Made by a program: the position numbers and the translations under genes | Notes under the pieces: model-generated | What the model was told of the DNA's origin: nothing | Databases searched by the model: none | Seen by the model: only the letters and a program-made list of their open reading frames with translations | In this document: positions 24,143-36,033 of the stretch, piece by piece | Layout of the letters: each line of letters opens with the position of its first letter | Position numbering within the stretch: position 1 is the stretch's first letter | Assembly (NCBI GenBank): GCA_964016885.1 | Contig: OZ024747.1 | Location: 42,470,001 to 42,534,000, forward strand | Source: Eledone cirrhosa | Lineage: Eukaryota | Length of the DNA: 64,000 bases | Reading direction: 5' to 3'

Positions 24143-26321
24143 GTAATGTTACTGGTTAATTTATAGTTTTTCATCTATCAATGCTTTTTTCATTCAATAC
24201 AATTATAATGCTATAGAAATTGTAGTGTTTCCTTGATATTGAGAAAATCATCTTGGCTCTTTATTTACTAAACATTTGCCTTACTGTTGGGTTGATAAGT
24301 GTAGTATTTAACATTACTGTTTTACTAAGAAAGATTTGCAGGACAACTTAAACAAATTTATATTTTAATTAAATGTAAATTTTGATTAAAATTTTGTACC
24401 CTTTTTAATTTTTTGGAATTTCTATAATGATCTAGAATATAAAAATAGTAAAATATTTACAAATCAAAATGACAGTGGTGGAACTGAGCAATTTAAAACA
24501 GTATGTGGACATCAACATTGATTCAAAATACAATTAAGAAACAAAAGAAAAAAACGGACATGAATTAAAAAAAAAAAGATTTTCTTATGTTACATATTGT
24601 CTTTGGCTTAAATTATAGTTTTAGAACCCCGATTTTAGTTATAAAGACGTAAATTGGTAGTGGTGGTTTTGGAAAATACTTGAATTGAAGTTCATATTTC
24701 TACAGAAGATATTTAATTAGGTGTGTTTCTGTGAACAGTCAAACAATTAATTCCACTAGTGGATGTTTCAATATCTGGAATATTTATTCTTAAATTGCAC
24801 TCTGTTAAGTGGTTGGTGTTAGGAAAGCACCCAGCAGCAAAAACCGTGCTAAAAATGAAACATGAGTGAGACGGGGTCCTCCATCACATGTAGGACAGTA
24901 ACTCGAAATAAGAACTGACTGCGACCGTGACAATGTGTCCAACCCATGCTAGCGTACAACATGGACATAAAATGTTGATATAACACCCTCTTATTCTGGA
25001 TAGCTGAAAATAAATAGTAATTGTAAATTTATGTAACAAACCATGAGTTTGAGCATGTTTTAAATTTTAGTGACACCCTTATAGAATGTAATATCACAAC
25101 AGCCTTTAGGCATTGTAATATTACCAACATGAAGGGAGGCTGTGGAACCTAAATACTTCTTTGCTAATCATTTAACAATTAAATTCTATTTATTTCCATT
25201 CAACACTGAAAGTAATATTTATTCTGCATGATATCGTCTGTGAGTGAAGTCAGTAATGTATTGTTATTCTTTAAATAGTCTCATGTTATGTTTGTTGTTC
25301 TTCCATACAATTCATTGACATTGTTTCAACACCAGCTTTCTCCCTGGCACTACTTTTCTGACTGTGGTGATGGTGGTATTGCTGTTGTTATCTTTCAGTA
25401 TTTATATTTGCACTTTACCTTGTTCATGTTGTAGGATTTATTGCTTTCCTATTTAAATGCTGTAATATTTTGCTTTTTGGTATGAGCCTTGTTGGAAATT
25501 AAGGACATCACCAATAACAATTTCTAGTATTTAGGGAATTCATCTGATAAATTCTGATATTTAATAGTTTTGACTTTTATCAATATGCATTCACTCACTC
25601 ACACTCTCACACACTGCAACACAATCAAGTCTGTTCATTCTATGTTAACTCTTAATCAATTTAGGTAGAATATATTATGCAGCTCTTGTGAAATTATTTT
25701 AATATGAAATATACATTTTTGATAGGATGAGATATTTTTTTACATACTGTAGTTTTTGTAAACTGTAAAACTTGCTATTTAGTTTCCAATTTTTCTCAAT
25801 TATAATAATGATTTCTACTATAGTCACAAGGTCAGCAATTGTGCCTAGAGTAGAAATCATTTCTCAATTATAATAATAATAATGAAAATAATAAAATAAG
25901 TTTTAGTTTGAAAACATTATTAATGTGCATAGACTGAGAGGTCAGTAGCTCTGATTAAGTACTGAGGGCTTGTGGCCATCCATCCAACCTTTGCTAGCAG
26001 GGAAAATGGACATTAAATGATGAAGATGATTTTATATTTTAGGTCTAGGTTTTATCTTGTGCTTTTAGCTTTTGCAGAGATGGCATCATGTGATATGGTT
26101 TCATCCTCCTTGGATGATTGTCTGCTTATCAGCTTTTTATTACCTTAAATTGTCACTTTTCCACCTGAACAATTATAAACATTGTGAACACTCTAGATCA
26201 ATAATTCCCCCAATTTCTCAATGCTCTGTAACATCTTTTTGAATATAAACATGTCAAACTGATCTCTTCATACAATGTCTTTGGTGCACTTGTAAGTGTG
26301 TATCTCATTGTTCTTCCACAG

Positions 26322-26360
26322 AGCTGCTGCCGCAGCCGAGCTTGCAGACATCACTTGTGG
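26322..26360 (+). CDS. Clc: Clathrin light chain 39-nt cassette microexon (AAAAAELADITCG)
   Basis: ttcttccacag acceptor, GG|gtaaga donor, symmetric phase 2-2, no stop, GC-rich island in an AT-rich intron. Confidence 0.7.
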
Positions 26361-27837
26361 GTAAGACTAAAACTGTAGCGACGCACTCTTAGTAGACTTT
26401 AGACATTTGCTGTTGTTGTTGTTATCGTTGTTGTTGTTGTCACATTGTCTGTAATCTTTGATTATTTACCTTCAGTTCTAATCTAGAGATTTATTTTCTT
26501 TTCAAAGGGATCCTTTTATTTGTTTAGCATGACCGTCATTCTGATTATAGATGTTATATCACATCTTAGAAAATTCTCTCTTAATCCCCTTCAAGTCTCT
26601 ACAATTATTTCAATACACTGATTATAGGTTGTCATAGCATTTATCTGTTATTTAGCTTGTCAGATGTCTATATTGTATAATGTCCAAACAGCTCATTTAA
26701 TCAGTCTCAAACTTATTACCAATATTTGCTATTATTCTCATGTGATATTTTATCATAGAACAAACCATGACATTGTGAAAATTATAATATAAAAGAATAT
26801 ATTTAAACAAGATGACAATGGAAATATATTTATTACCTGTTGTTTCTCAAGAAATATCTCTCTATTGAAGCCTTCCACAAGACCAGTTAAAGATAGTTTG
26901 CAATGGTTTAGGCATGTAGAGAAAAGTTACAATATGTAGAATAATTTTAAAAGTTGATAAAATTTATTTTTTATTATAAACTAATTTTGACCAATTGCTA
27001 TATTGTCTTATATTAAGGTTGGCTCCACAAATCTTTGGGATAAATTATTGGATGCTTTTATCCTGTAGACCACTGTCTTGTTATTTATAAGAAGCTATAA
27101 ATAAGGTAGAGGTGGTGAGGTGATTAATGTTAAAGAGATATTAAAGTAATTGTATTGACTGTTAAAATAGTAACTAATTGCATATTAGAATAAATTTTCA
27201 AAAACAAAAGATGATTTTAACTATCTTGTATTTGTATTTTGCAAAGGTTTTAAAAATCTAGTATTTAGTTTTTTAATAGTTGTCTGAATTTGCTGATTCA
27301 AACTTGTGTAGAGAGACAATTAAAAAAAGTATGTTTAAAACTATCAAATTTCAGAATATAGCCCTCTCAGCTGAATATATACATAAAACAATATAGAAGC
27401 ATTGCACCATATTTTCTCTCCAGCTTTCATCTGAAATGTCTGTTTTTTCTTCTTTTTCTTTGACATTTCATCTGATTGAAGGTTTAGCTTTAATCAAATT
27501 CTTTCCATTTTAATGAAATGCCCATTTAGTCCTATAAGGTGTAATCATGGTATATTATTCAGACAAAATGTTGGACTCTCCATAGCATGTTGTAACATCA
27601 AATTTTGAAATATGATGGTGAATAAAATTAAATGTAGGAAACATTATTGAGAATATATATGATAAAAATAATTTTGTGTTTTTAATAAGTGGGAAGCATA
27701 GATGAGGTTATTCATGAAAATGTTATTTGTTTTGTCATATTTGGTGAAACACTGCAACAGCTAAAGAAATAAAGTGTTAAGGTGATACAGGGGAAATTAT
27801 TATATCAGACATCCATGAAATCTATGGTAGTTTAATA

Positions 27838-28025
27838 ATTGTTTCTACTTTTGGCACAAGGCCAGCAATTACCCAGTGCATTACTGGTACTTTATTTTAT
27901 CGACCCCATAAGGACGAAGGCAAAGTTAACCTCGGCGGGATTTGAACTTAGAATGGCAAGGGTCGTAATTCTATGTCTCAAAGCATGGCGTCCGACCCTC
28001 TACCCATACTGCCAATCCACCGCCC
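27838..28025 (-). mobile_element. tRNA-derived SINE (abundant family; copies or fragments also at ~13345, 17222, 23068, 39637, 49310, 56857, 62230)
   Basis: tRNA-like head GGCGGTGGATTGGCAG..GTTCAAATCCC and a shared core CTTTGCCTT(T)CATCCTT..GGGGTCGATAAAATAAAGTACCAG. Confidence 0.8.
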
Positions 28026-28677
28026 AATGGTAGTTTAATAATGGTGAATGATCTGGCTTTAGCTTTATATTTGTAAAATCTTAAGTTATATAATTTCTTT
28101 GCTATATATTGTTTTTTTTTTAGTTCCATTTTTGTTAGAGAAATTTAGAGAACTCTGTTGTTCTGTTTTCCTTTTCTTTTTTTCGAGAATTCCTAACATT
28201 TACTTTTTTCCTATAAAAAGGTTTTCATAGATTCTACTGTAAAATATTTATTTTCAGTGATCATCATCATTTAAGTTGGTGCTTCTATATATCAATGTAT
28301 ATAGAATATACATGTATTATATATATATATATATATAGCTTTTTTGTTAGTTTGTCAATGTTCTTTCATCACACATTCTGGGACCTCCTCAATGACTATT
28401 TGTTTTCTTTTGTGCCACCTCAAGGATGACATGTCAATTCCTGAAGCATTCCATGTTTTTTCTTATTAAAGAGGAGGCACAGAAAAGATCAAATAGTGAT
28501 TGCAGAGGTCACAGAATGTGTGTGACAAGAACTTTGACAAACTAATGAATAATTTGTAATATATATATAATCTATATACTACGATAAACAAGGCAGTAGC
28601 AAATGTGCAATTGTCACATGTTCTTTAGTTTTATTTACAATTTTCCCTCTCCGTTTCTTTACTCATTTCCTCTACAG

Positions 28678-28704
28678 GCACTCGGAGGCTTTGGAGAAAA
28701 AAAA
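28678..28704 (+). CDS. Clc: Clathrin light chain 27-nt cassette microexon (HSEALEKKK)
   Basis: Long pyrimidine tract with ctctacag acceptor, perfect gtaagt donor, symmetric phase 2-2. Confidence 0.7.
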
Positions 28705-29669
28705 GTAAGTATTCAATGTGGGTAATTTTGCTGTTTTGTAATAAGGTCTCTATATGCTGCTAATTTGGGGATAAATTCTTTTCTCTTCTATATATTTTGA
28801 TAATAATATCAATCAATATTTCAAATAATCTGTTAACTTCCATAATCTATACATTTATTGGTATAAGGGACTGGCCTTTTATTCTAGACTTTAATCTGTA
28901 GAAGCTTGGGGTGTAAATAGTGTAAAATGTAGTTTTGCTTTTTAAGTGTCAGGAAAACAGTTATTAAAACTGTTTTGTATCTTCGATCTTGGCTAACAAA
29001 TTACCCATAAAGCTTAATACCGGATTTTGATTTTGTTATGGTTGTTGTTCAATTTAGCTTTTTCCCTTTGCTTTTATTAAAAAATAAAAAAAATGAAGTT
29101 TGAAACTTTTGCATGATTTTGTTACAAAAAAATGTTAAATGGTTGATTATTATAAACAGCCAATTTAACTTCATACTTTGATGTTGGTTCTTTTAAGCAG
29201 GATTATTTTCATTGAATTGTTTTAATATTAAAAGTATTTCATTGTCAAACTATGTCCAATAACCTTTAGCATATTAATTGACTTAACATTTTATTGTAGT
29301 TTTGAGGTAATTATTAAATCTGTAAATCTTATATAATATACACTATATAATTGTTAATCATATCTTCTCATAATCGATGACTGATTTGAGGCATACTTGT
29401 ATCTGAATTTATTCTAAACAGTAGGGATTGAAACAATTTTGAACATCAGGGATGAAACGTATTTATTAAGTGACAGTGTGTTTGTTACTGTCTGTGATGA
29501 ATATACTTACATCATTCTGGCATGCTTGAATGAATGTTAAATATTCAATGCACATGGCTGCCTTTTAGATGTGTCAAATGCCAAATTCTAGTTAGTATAT
29601 GACCTATCTTCATATTTCAGATAAACCTATTAATCTACACTAAGTTAATATTAATGCCTTACATAATCA

Positions 29670-29985
29670 TCATAGTCCATCTATAGTTGACATCAATAGT
29701 CCATCTATAGTTGACATCAATAGTCCATCTATAGTTGACATCAATAGTCCATCTATAGTTGACAATATCAATAGTCCATCTATAGTTGACAATATCAATA
29801 GTCCATCTATAGTTGACAATATCAATAGTCCATCTATAGTTGACATCAATAGTCCATCTATAGTTGACAACATCAATAGTCCATCTATAGTTGACAATAT
29901 CAAGTCAATCTATAGTTGACAACATCAATAGTCAATCTATAGTTGACAACATCAATAGTCAATCTATAGTTGACAATATCAATGT
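29670..29985. repeat. Minisatellite, 24/27-bp units (atagtccatctatagttgac[aa]catca)
   Basis: About 12 tandem units. Confidence 0.95.
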
Positions 29986-30142
29986 ACTTATCGTATTTAG
30001 TCAATCTTCAGTTGACAATGACTGTCCATAGTATCAAACGTGTTCTCTTTGTTAGGGTTCTATTCTCGGCTGTTAATGTTCAATTTCCTCATGTTTAGCC
30101 ACATTGTGTCTTGTCGTCTACTTTAATTTCTCATATTACTAG

Positions 30143-30148
30143 ACAACT
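30143..30148 (+). CDS. Clc: Possible 6-nt microexon of clathrin light chain (adds QL)
   Basis: tttctcatattactag|ACAACT|gtgagt, frame-preserving; could occur by chance. Confidence 0.25.
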
Positions 30149-30419
30149 GTGAGTAAATAGATGATCCTGGCAACCAAGTTCCCTTCATTCTTTGAACATG
30201 TCGAAACCAGCAAAAATTTCATTATGCTAATATCTCTTCCATGCTAAAAAACTTGCTTTGTCTAGGATGAGGGCAATCTTCAGTTTGTCTTTCCATGTGA
30301 TGTCCCGGATCTGTCACAGGTGTCTCAAGAATGCATATAATTTTTATTTTTATGAAGGAATTTATAGTTTACTTGAAGCATAGTATATGGTATATAGAAT
30401 TCGAAGTTGGAAAGTCACG

Positions 30420-31877
30420 ACAATGCCGGTTTGGACAGAGAAAAAAAAAATCAAAGCGCAAAAAGTAGGGTTTGTTCTTTTTTACCTTAATTTATTCATA
30501 TTACTTGATATTTCAAGATTAGTATCTCTTCGACTGAGGAAAATAAAGGAACTATTCCAGTGTCTGATGTGGCTTGCTATACTATGCTGGCCGGAAGTGA
30601 TTTTAATATTTATTTATTTGTTATATTTATTTATTTATTTTAAACTCTTTTGTTTAAAATCAAAGGGGCAAAGAGTCGTTTCCCTTTAAATTCGCTTAGA
30701 CGCATATATATTAGTACGTGCCTGCCTAAGTGTGTGTAAGCACGCATGCAAATATGTAAACATGCATGGATGGAATATATGGTTTCTCACAGATGGATAA
30801 TGTTGTCATAAGCGGATGGCCCTGCAGATGGCTGGTGTGTCATCACAGAAATGTGGGAGCTTCAGGAAGCAAGTGTTGGTGGAGTTTGTGCTTTGAATGC
30901 AGTATTTCTTATTTCTAGCACGATTCACGGTGGATGCCGGGTAACTGTTTAACTTAAGCACTTCCAAGAAGTGTGGGTGTCTCAGTCTCCTGTGGTGCTG
31001 CATCTGTTCTGGATATGTGTTGGTTCATTCCTTATGTATCCAGACTTGGCACCAAGGGGGACGGCCGATTTGAAATGGATGAACAAGTCCCTGCTGGCGG
31101 CTTTTCTGTAGAAGTTGGTGTGGATACCGCCTTATTCCGTTACCCTGAGTTGGAAGTCTAGCAGGGAGAGGGTTCCAGTGTCATCTGGGTGTTCCATGCT
31201 GAACCTTATGTTAACGTCCATGCTGGAGAATGCTGTGTATATTTTGTCTGCTTCTTCATGGGATGGTGTAAGGATGAGTATGTCATCTACATATCGGGTG
31301 GAGAAGGCACAGGAGTGGCAGGTGTTCCAACTGGGTTCATACAAGTGATGGCCGGCAGGCCCAATAGGCTGGATCCCATAGGTAGTTCTGTATGTATGGT
31401 GGTGGAAGGTGAAATAAGTATTATGCACCATGATAGTTAGAAGCTGGTGTATGTCTGTCGGATTGAGGCCGTATCAGTAAATGTTATGAGATTATGTAGT
31501 CAATAAGTTGATGGCTGGGTGAGGAGGGGACTGTAGTATAGAGGGAGACAACGTCGAGGCGAAAGGCATATCTATTGAGTCTAAGTTGGTCAGGTTGGAG
31601 TTGGTGGAGTCTTTGTACAACTTCATCAAAACTACTGACATGCCCAGGGAAGGTGGAGAGTATAAGCTTAAGGATCTGGGTGAGAAGCCAGGAAATTTTA
31701 TGTAGGTGTCCTTCTATTCTGGAGACAATTGAATAGTTACCTTATTTTCTTCAGTCGAAGAGATACTAATCTCGAAATATCAGGTCATATGAATAAATTA
31801 ATGTAAAAAAGAACAAACCCTACTTTTTGTGTTTTTTTGCGTTTTGATTTTTTCTCTGTCCAAATCTGCATTGTCAT
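30420..31877 (-). mobile_element. Degenerate Penelope-like element RT fragment bounded by ~140-bp inverted repeats
   Basis: NTYFTF, RYVDDILIL, IRFSMEHPDDTGTLSLLD and FYRKAA motifs of PLE RTs; inverted repeats at 30420-30550 and 31740-31877. Confidence 0.75.
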
Positions 31878-33187
31878 GGTTTTCCATTGTGCTATGCGAG
31901 TCATACTTTTACAAACATCTAAACCTTGTAAATAGCTGTCCCTATGACAGTGTAAGGACTGTGCTATGTGAGTGACACTTTTCCGAGCATCTAAACCTTG
32001 TGAGTAGCTGTCCTTATGACTGTGTAAGGACTGTTGTACGAGTGACACTTTTCCAGGCAACTAAACTGTGAGTAGCTGCTACAGACCCAACTGGCTTACT
32101 GCCAGATGTTTTTGTTAAGTCAACACGTCATACTTTGTATTGTTTGACATGTTTTCCTTGTAGCTATCAGACAGACACTATATCCACGAGGCTTCTCTTT
32201 CTGAATCCACATTGAGTCTCAGATAGAACTATCATGATTTTCTCATTCAGTCTGTTGAGCAATATTTTTGTGAGACTCTTCCCAACAATAACAACAAGAG
32301 AAATTCATTGATAGGTCCCACATTCATTCCTATCACTTTAAAAACAATATAGGTGTAATACTAACATATTTCCAGGAGTTCACTAGCATACCATGATGTC
32401 AACATCAGCTAGTGATGTCTAATGTGATCATCACCTCCATTTTTTTCACATTTCTACTGGGATCCTCTGCATTTCTGGTACTTTGCTAAGTAACCTGCTT
32501 CTGACCAGTACCATCTCTAACATAAATGTCTTCCATAGACAAAAGGCAACATATAAAGAGGAAGGGAATTGGCTAATGTTGACACCTTTTTCAAGACCAT
32601 TACTGATATGGATAATGTTATTGGATAAGACTTGCTGGTAGCTTTTCAATTTAATAGAAATACTTCAGTAATTGGACCAGTAAATATCATTATTCAGAAC
32701 TACTTTATCTCAAATATATTATAAATTGTTATTTAATACTTACATACTGATTAGACTCACGCAGTGTTGATATTGTTTAGCTATAAGTTAGTCTTGGTAG
32801 GTTAGGGAATTTCTTCAGTTCAGATTTGAGCAGACAACCTGGCTGTAAAACAAGACCTCACTGTACCTACTTTGTTGATTACAAAATTGAATAAAATAAA
32901 CGCAAACGTAAAATGATCCAAGATGTTTAACGAACTTTAGAAGTGATGTGATAAATGATTTACCTAAATATAAATAATTCAGGGACTATTCAATGAATTG
33001 AGTTGATATGTGATGCAAGTCATATCAATGGTTCTATTGCTCTTTTTCTGCCTCAAATTTGTTTTTATAATGTTTGTTATTTTTTTATTTTGAATTAAAT
33101 AAGATTTTTATTCATAATCTGTTATAATATTCAATGAAATATATCTAAAAAAATGTGTTGTAGTAGTAGGATGTTCATTGGTTATAA

Positions 33188-33218
<31 letters not shown>

Positions 33219-35861
33219 CACACATATATATATGCACACACATATACATACACACACCTTTATTTAAAAATGTAAACTTCCCACACGATATACAACATTT
33301 CTGTTGTTCAGCAGTTGATGCTTCCTCCTTGCTTGTCAAAAGTTGCTCACTAAAATACACCTAATTATTATTATTATTATCATATTAACCCAGTTGTTAT
33401 TTTGTGAACCCAGTTATGAATGTCTTCTACTCCACTGTTTCCGCATTTTTGTCAATTTGCCAAATATTTTCACTGAATTGTTCTATATAAAATTATTCCC
33501 AGAGTTAAACAAAAACCTGTTTGGCTTTTATTGTGGCTGCATTATTTCTCATTAAAAAAAATATTATTCATTTCCTTCTTTAGTTAATTATATTTCTTGT
33601 TTTTACTGATATTTTGCAAGATTACTTTACACTTTCTTTCTCTTTCAAATTCCCATTAACCCTTTAGCATTTAAACTGGCCATATCCGGCCAGAATTCTC
33701 TCAGCTCTTTGTGTTGAAACCAGCTGTAACTGGCCACTCATACTGATGTTAGGTATTATTCTTAAAATAAATAACATCAAATCTCATAGCTTCAATATTA
33801 TGTGAGATAATTATGTGAGGTAAAGCCATTACCTTGAAAATACAATAGTATATATAGAGTAATGGTTAAAGTACCTTAAATCTTTTATCAATTTACTCAG
33901 TATACACTGTAAAGTGGTTTATATTAGGAAGAGCAATCAATTATAGAAACCATGCAAGATATGGAACATATGAGCAAGACATGGTCACCTGATCAATTTA
34001 GCCTTAGATGACTGTCTTACAGAACTGTTTCTGGCTTAGTTTCTACGGCTGGATACCCTTCCTAATGCCAACCACATTTACAGTGAGGACTGGGTGCTTT
34101 TTATCGTGGCACCAAAATGACCTCCTGACAGGTTGGAATGGGTACTTTTCCAACATATCACAAGTACTAACACCTTGCAGAGTGAACTGGGTGCTTCTGT
34201 TTTATTAATTGGTGACATTGTGCCTACATATATCAATAATAGGTTTATGATAATATTGGAAATGCATTGTTCCCTAACGACAACTGAACTGTCAATGTAA
34301 TATGATAATGTAATTTAGATGTATCATTAATATATTATTTGGGTGGTATCTGATTTCTGATTATTGTTTTGTATTATAGCATTTAAACTAAGCAACAAAA
34401 TGAAAGCCACAATCCATTATACACGCATTTACATTAATTGTAAGACAAATTGACCGATAAACTATGGAATGAAATTGAGGACATTTGTATTTTTTATATT
34501 ATTCATATTGTTAATGAATATTTTAAATTGACAGCTAAATACTTTAAATTAAATGTGATGTATATTTCCACTGTTCAGTAGGGCAGTTACAGTAACTTCT
34601 TCACTGAGGGTCTGTTCATGTCAAGCCATATACATTTATGTAAATATCAATATTTGTTAAAGCTTTATCAGTATTATAACACAGCAGGATAATATTAAAG
34701 ATTTCACATTATAGTTCAGATTGTTTTCTTCTTGATGTAAAAAAAATCAAAATAGATAATTCTCAATGTAGAAGAGATAATAGAAGTATATAATAATAAA
34801 ATTGTGTACAGTGCTCAGGTGCACTACAACTCATCAAAAGTGCATGTATAGTACATAGAATAATGTACAAATGCCAGGAAAATGAACAGCGTCATGATAT
34901 ACACACAGATACATGTGTGCATGTGTATGGAGGTGGAATATTAGGTGTAGTGTTGGCAAATTTCAGGAAGCATGGAAGTTTTGAAAGATGCAATTTTCAA
35001 AGATGTTTTTATTTTCTAAACACTGCTTCTTCAGCACTACCTATGTGAATTTTACATAATCTCTAGAATCAAATACTTTGAAAAAATACAATTTCTTGAA
35101 AAAGAAAATTTTTTTCTAAAAATTATGTTTCGTGGTTCTTTTATAAACTTTCTCTTATAAATTTTCAACTATTGTACAATTTTCAAAATGACTGAAATTT
35201 CTACAGGTACTGTTAGTATATAACACTTGGTTAATGTAAGTCACTTTATATTACTAATTACATGTCAAGTGATATTGGTTTATGTTAATTAGAAATATTT
35301 CAGGAAAGTTAGCTGGAATCAGTTCACCTAGCACCATGACATTCCCTTTAATTCCCTTTAATTTTGTATTTGATACTAAAAGTCTAGCTACTTTCCTTGG
35401 AGCAATACATAATAAAATAAAGTTGGACTGGTAATATAATTATATGTTTATATCATAATATTTACTGTTAAATGTCTATTTCAGAAATTGCAATAGAAAG
35501 ATTACATAAAACTTGTTTTAAATAAAAGGCTTCATAATTATTGTAAATCACTTCTCCCCGTTCTGTGTTTGTCATGTTCATGTCTTGTTATATCTCTGTG
35601 CACCAGCAAATAATAAATTTGATTACCTTTACATATCTAAAATCTTGTTTAGATATCTAATCATAAAAGTTTTTGCAATTACTATGATGTAATTTAATTC
35701 AGACATACACTTACTCTTCTATGGATATCACACTACCAATAGAATATGAAACATTTTTACTTTTACCAGCAATATAAATATGCTTGTTTTGTAAATGTAT
35801 TACTTTAGTTAACCTCTCTTAGTATTCTTGTATTAATTAAATATTGTCTTCCCTTCTCTAG

Positions 35862-36033
35862 GGCCCAAGAAGAAGCAAGTATGAAGGATCGTGAAGAGAG
35901 CATTGCTGGTCAAGAATGGGAGAAAATCTGTCGACTTTGTGACTTCAACCCTAAACATTCCAAAAACACAAAAGACGTGTCTCGTATGCGATCAATATTG
36001 CTACAACTGAAGCAAACGCCCCTGGTTCGTTGA
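35862..36033 (+). CDS. Clc: Clathrin light chain last coding exon (AQEEASMKDREESIAGQEWEKICRLCDFNPKHSKNTKDVSRMRSILLQLKQTPLVR*)
   Basis: Hallmark C-terminus EWE...LCDFNPK.SK..KDVSRMRS.L..LKQ.PL; AATAAA at 36210. Confidence 0.97.

Noticed and set aside
30255-31800. Hammerhead-like remnants near the Penelope RT fragment (CUGAAGA at ~30283-, GAGAU/AUCUC-GAAA at ~31760+)
   Set aside because: Each lacks one intact core box; too degenerate to call.
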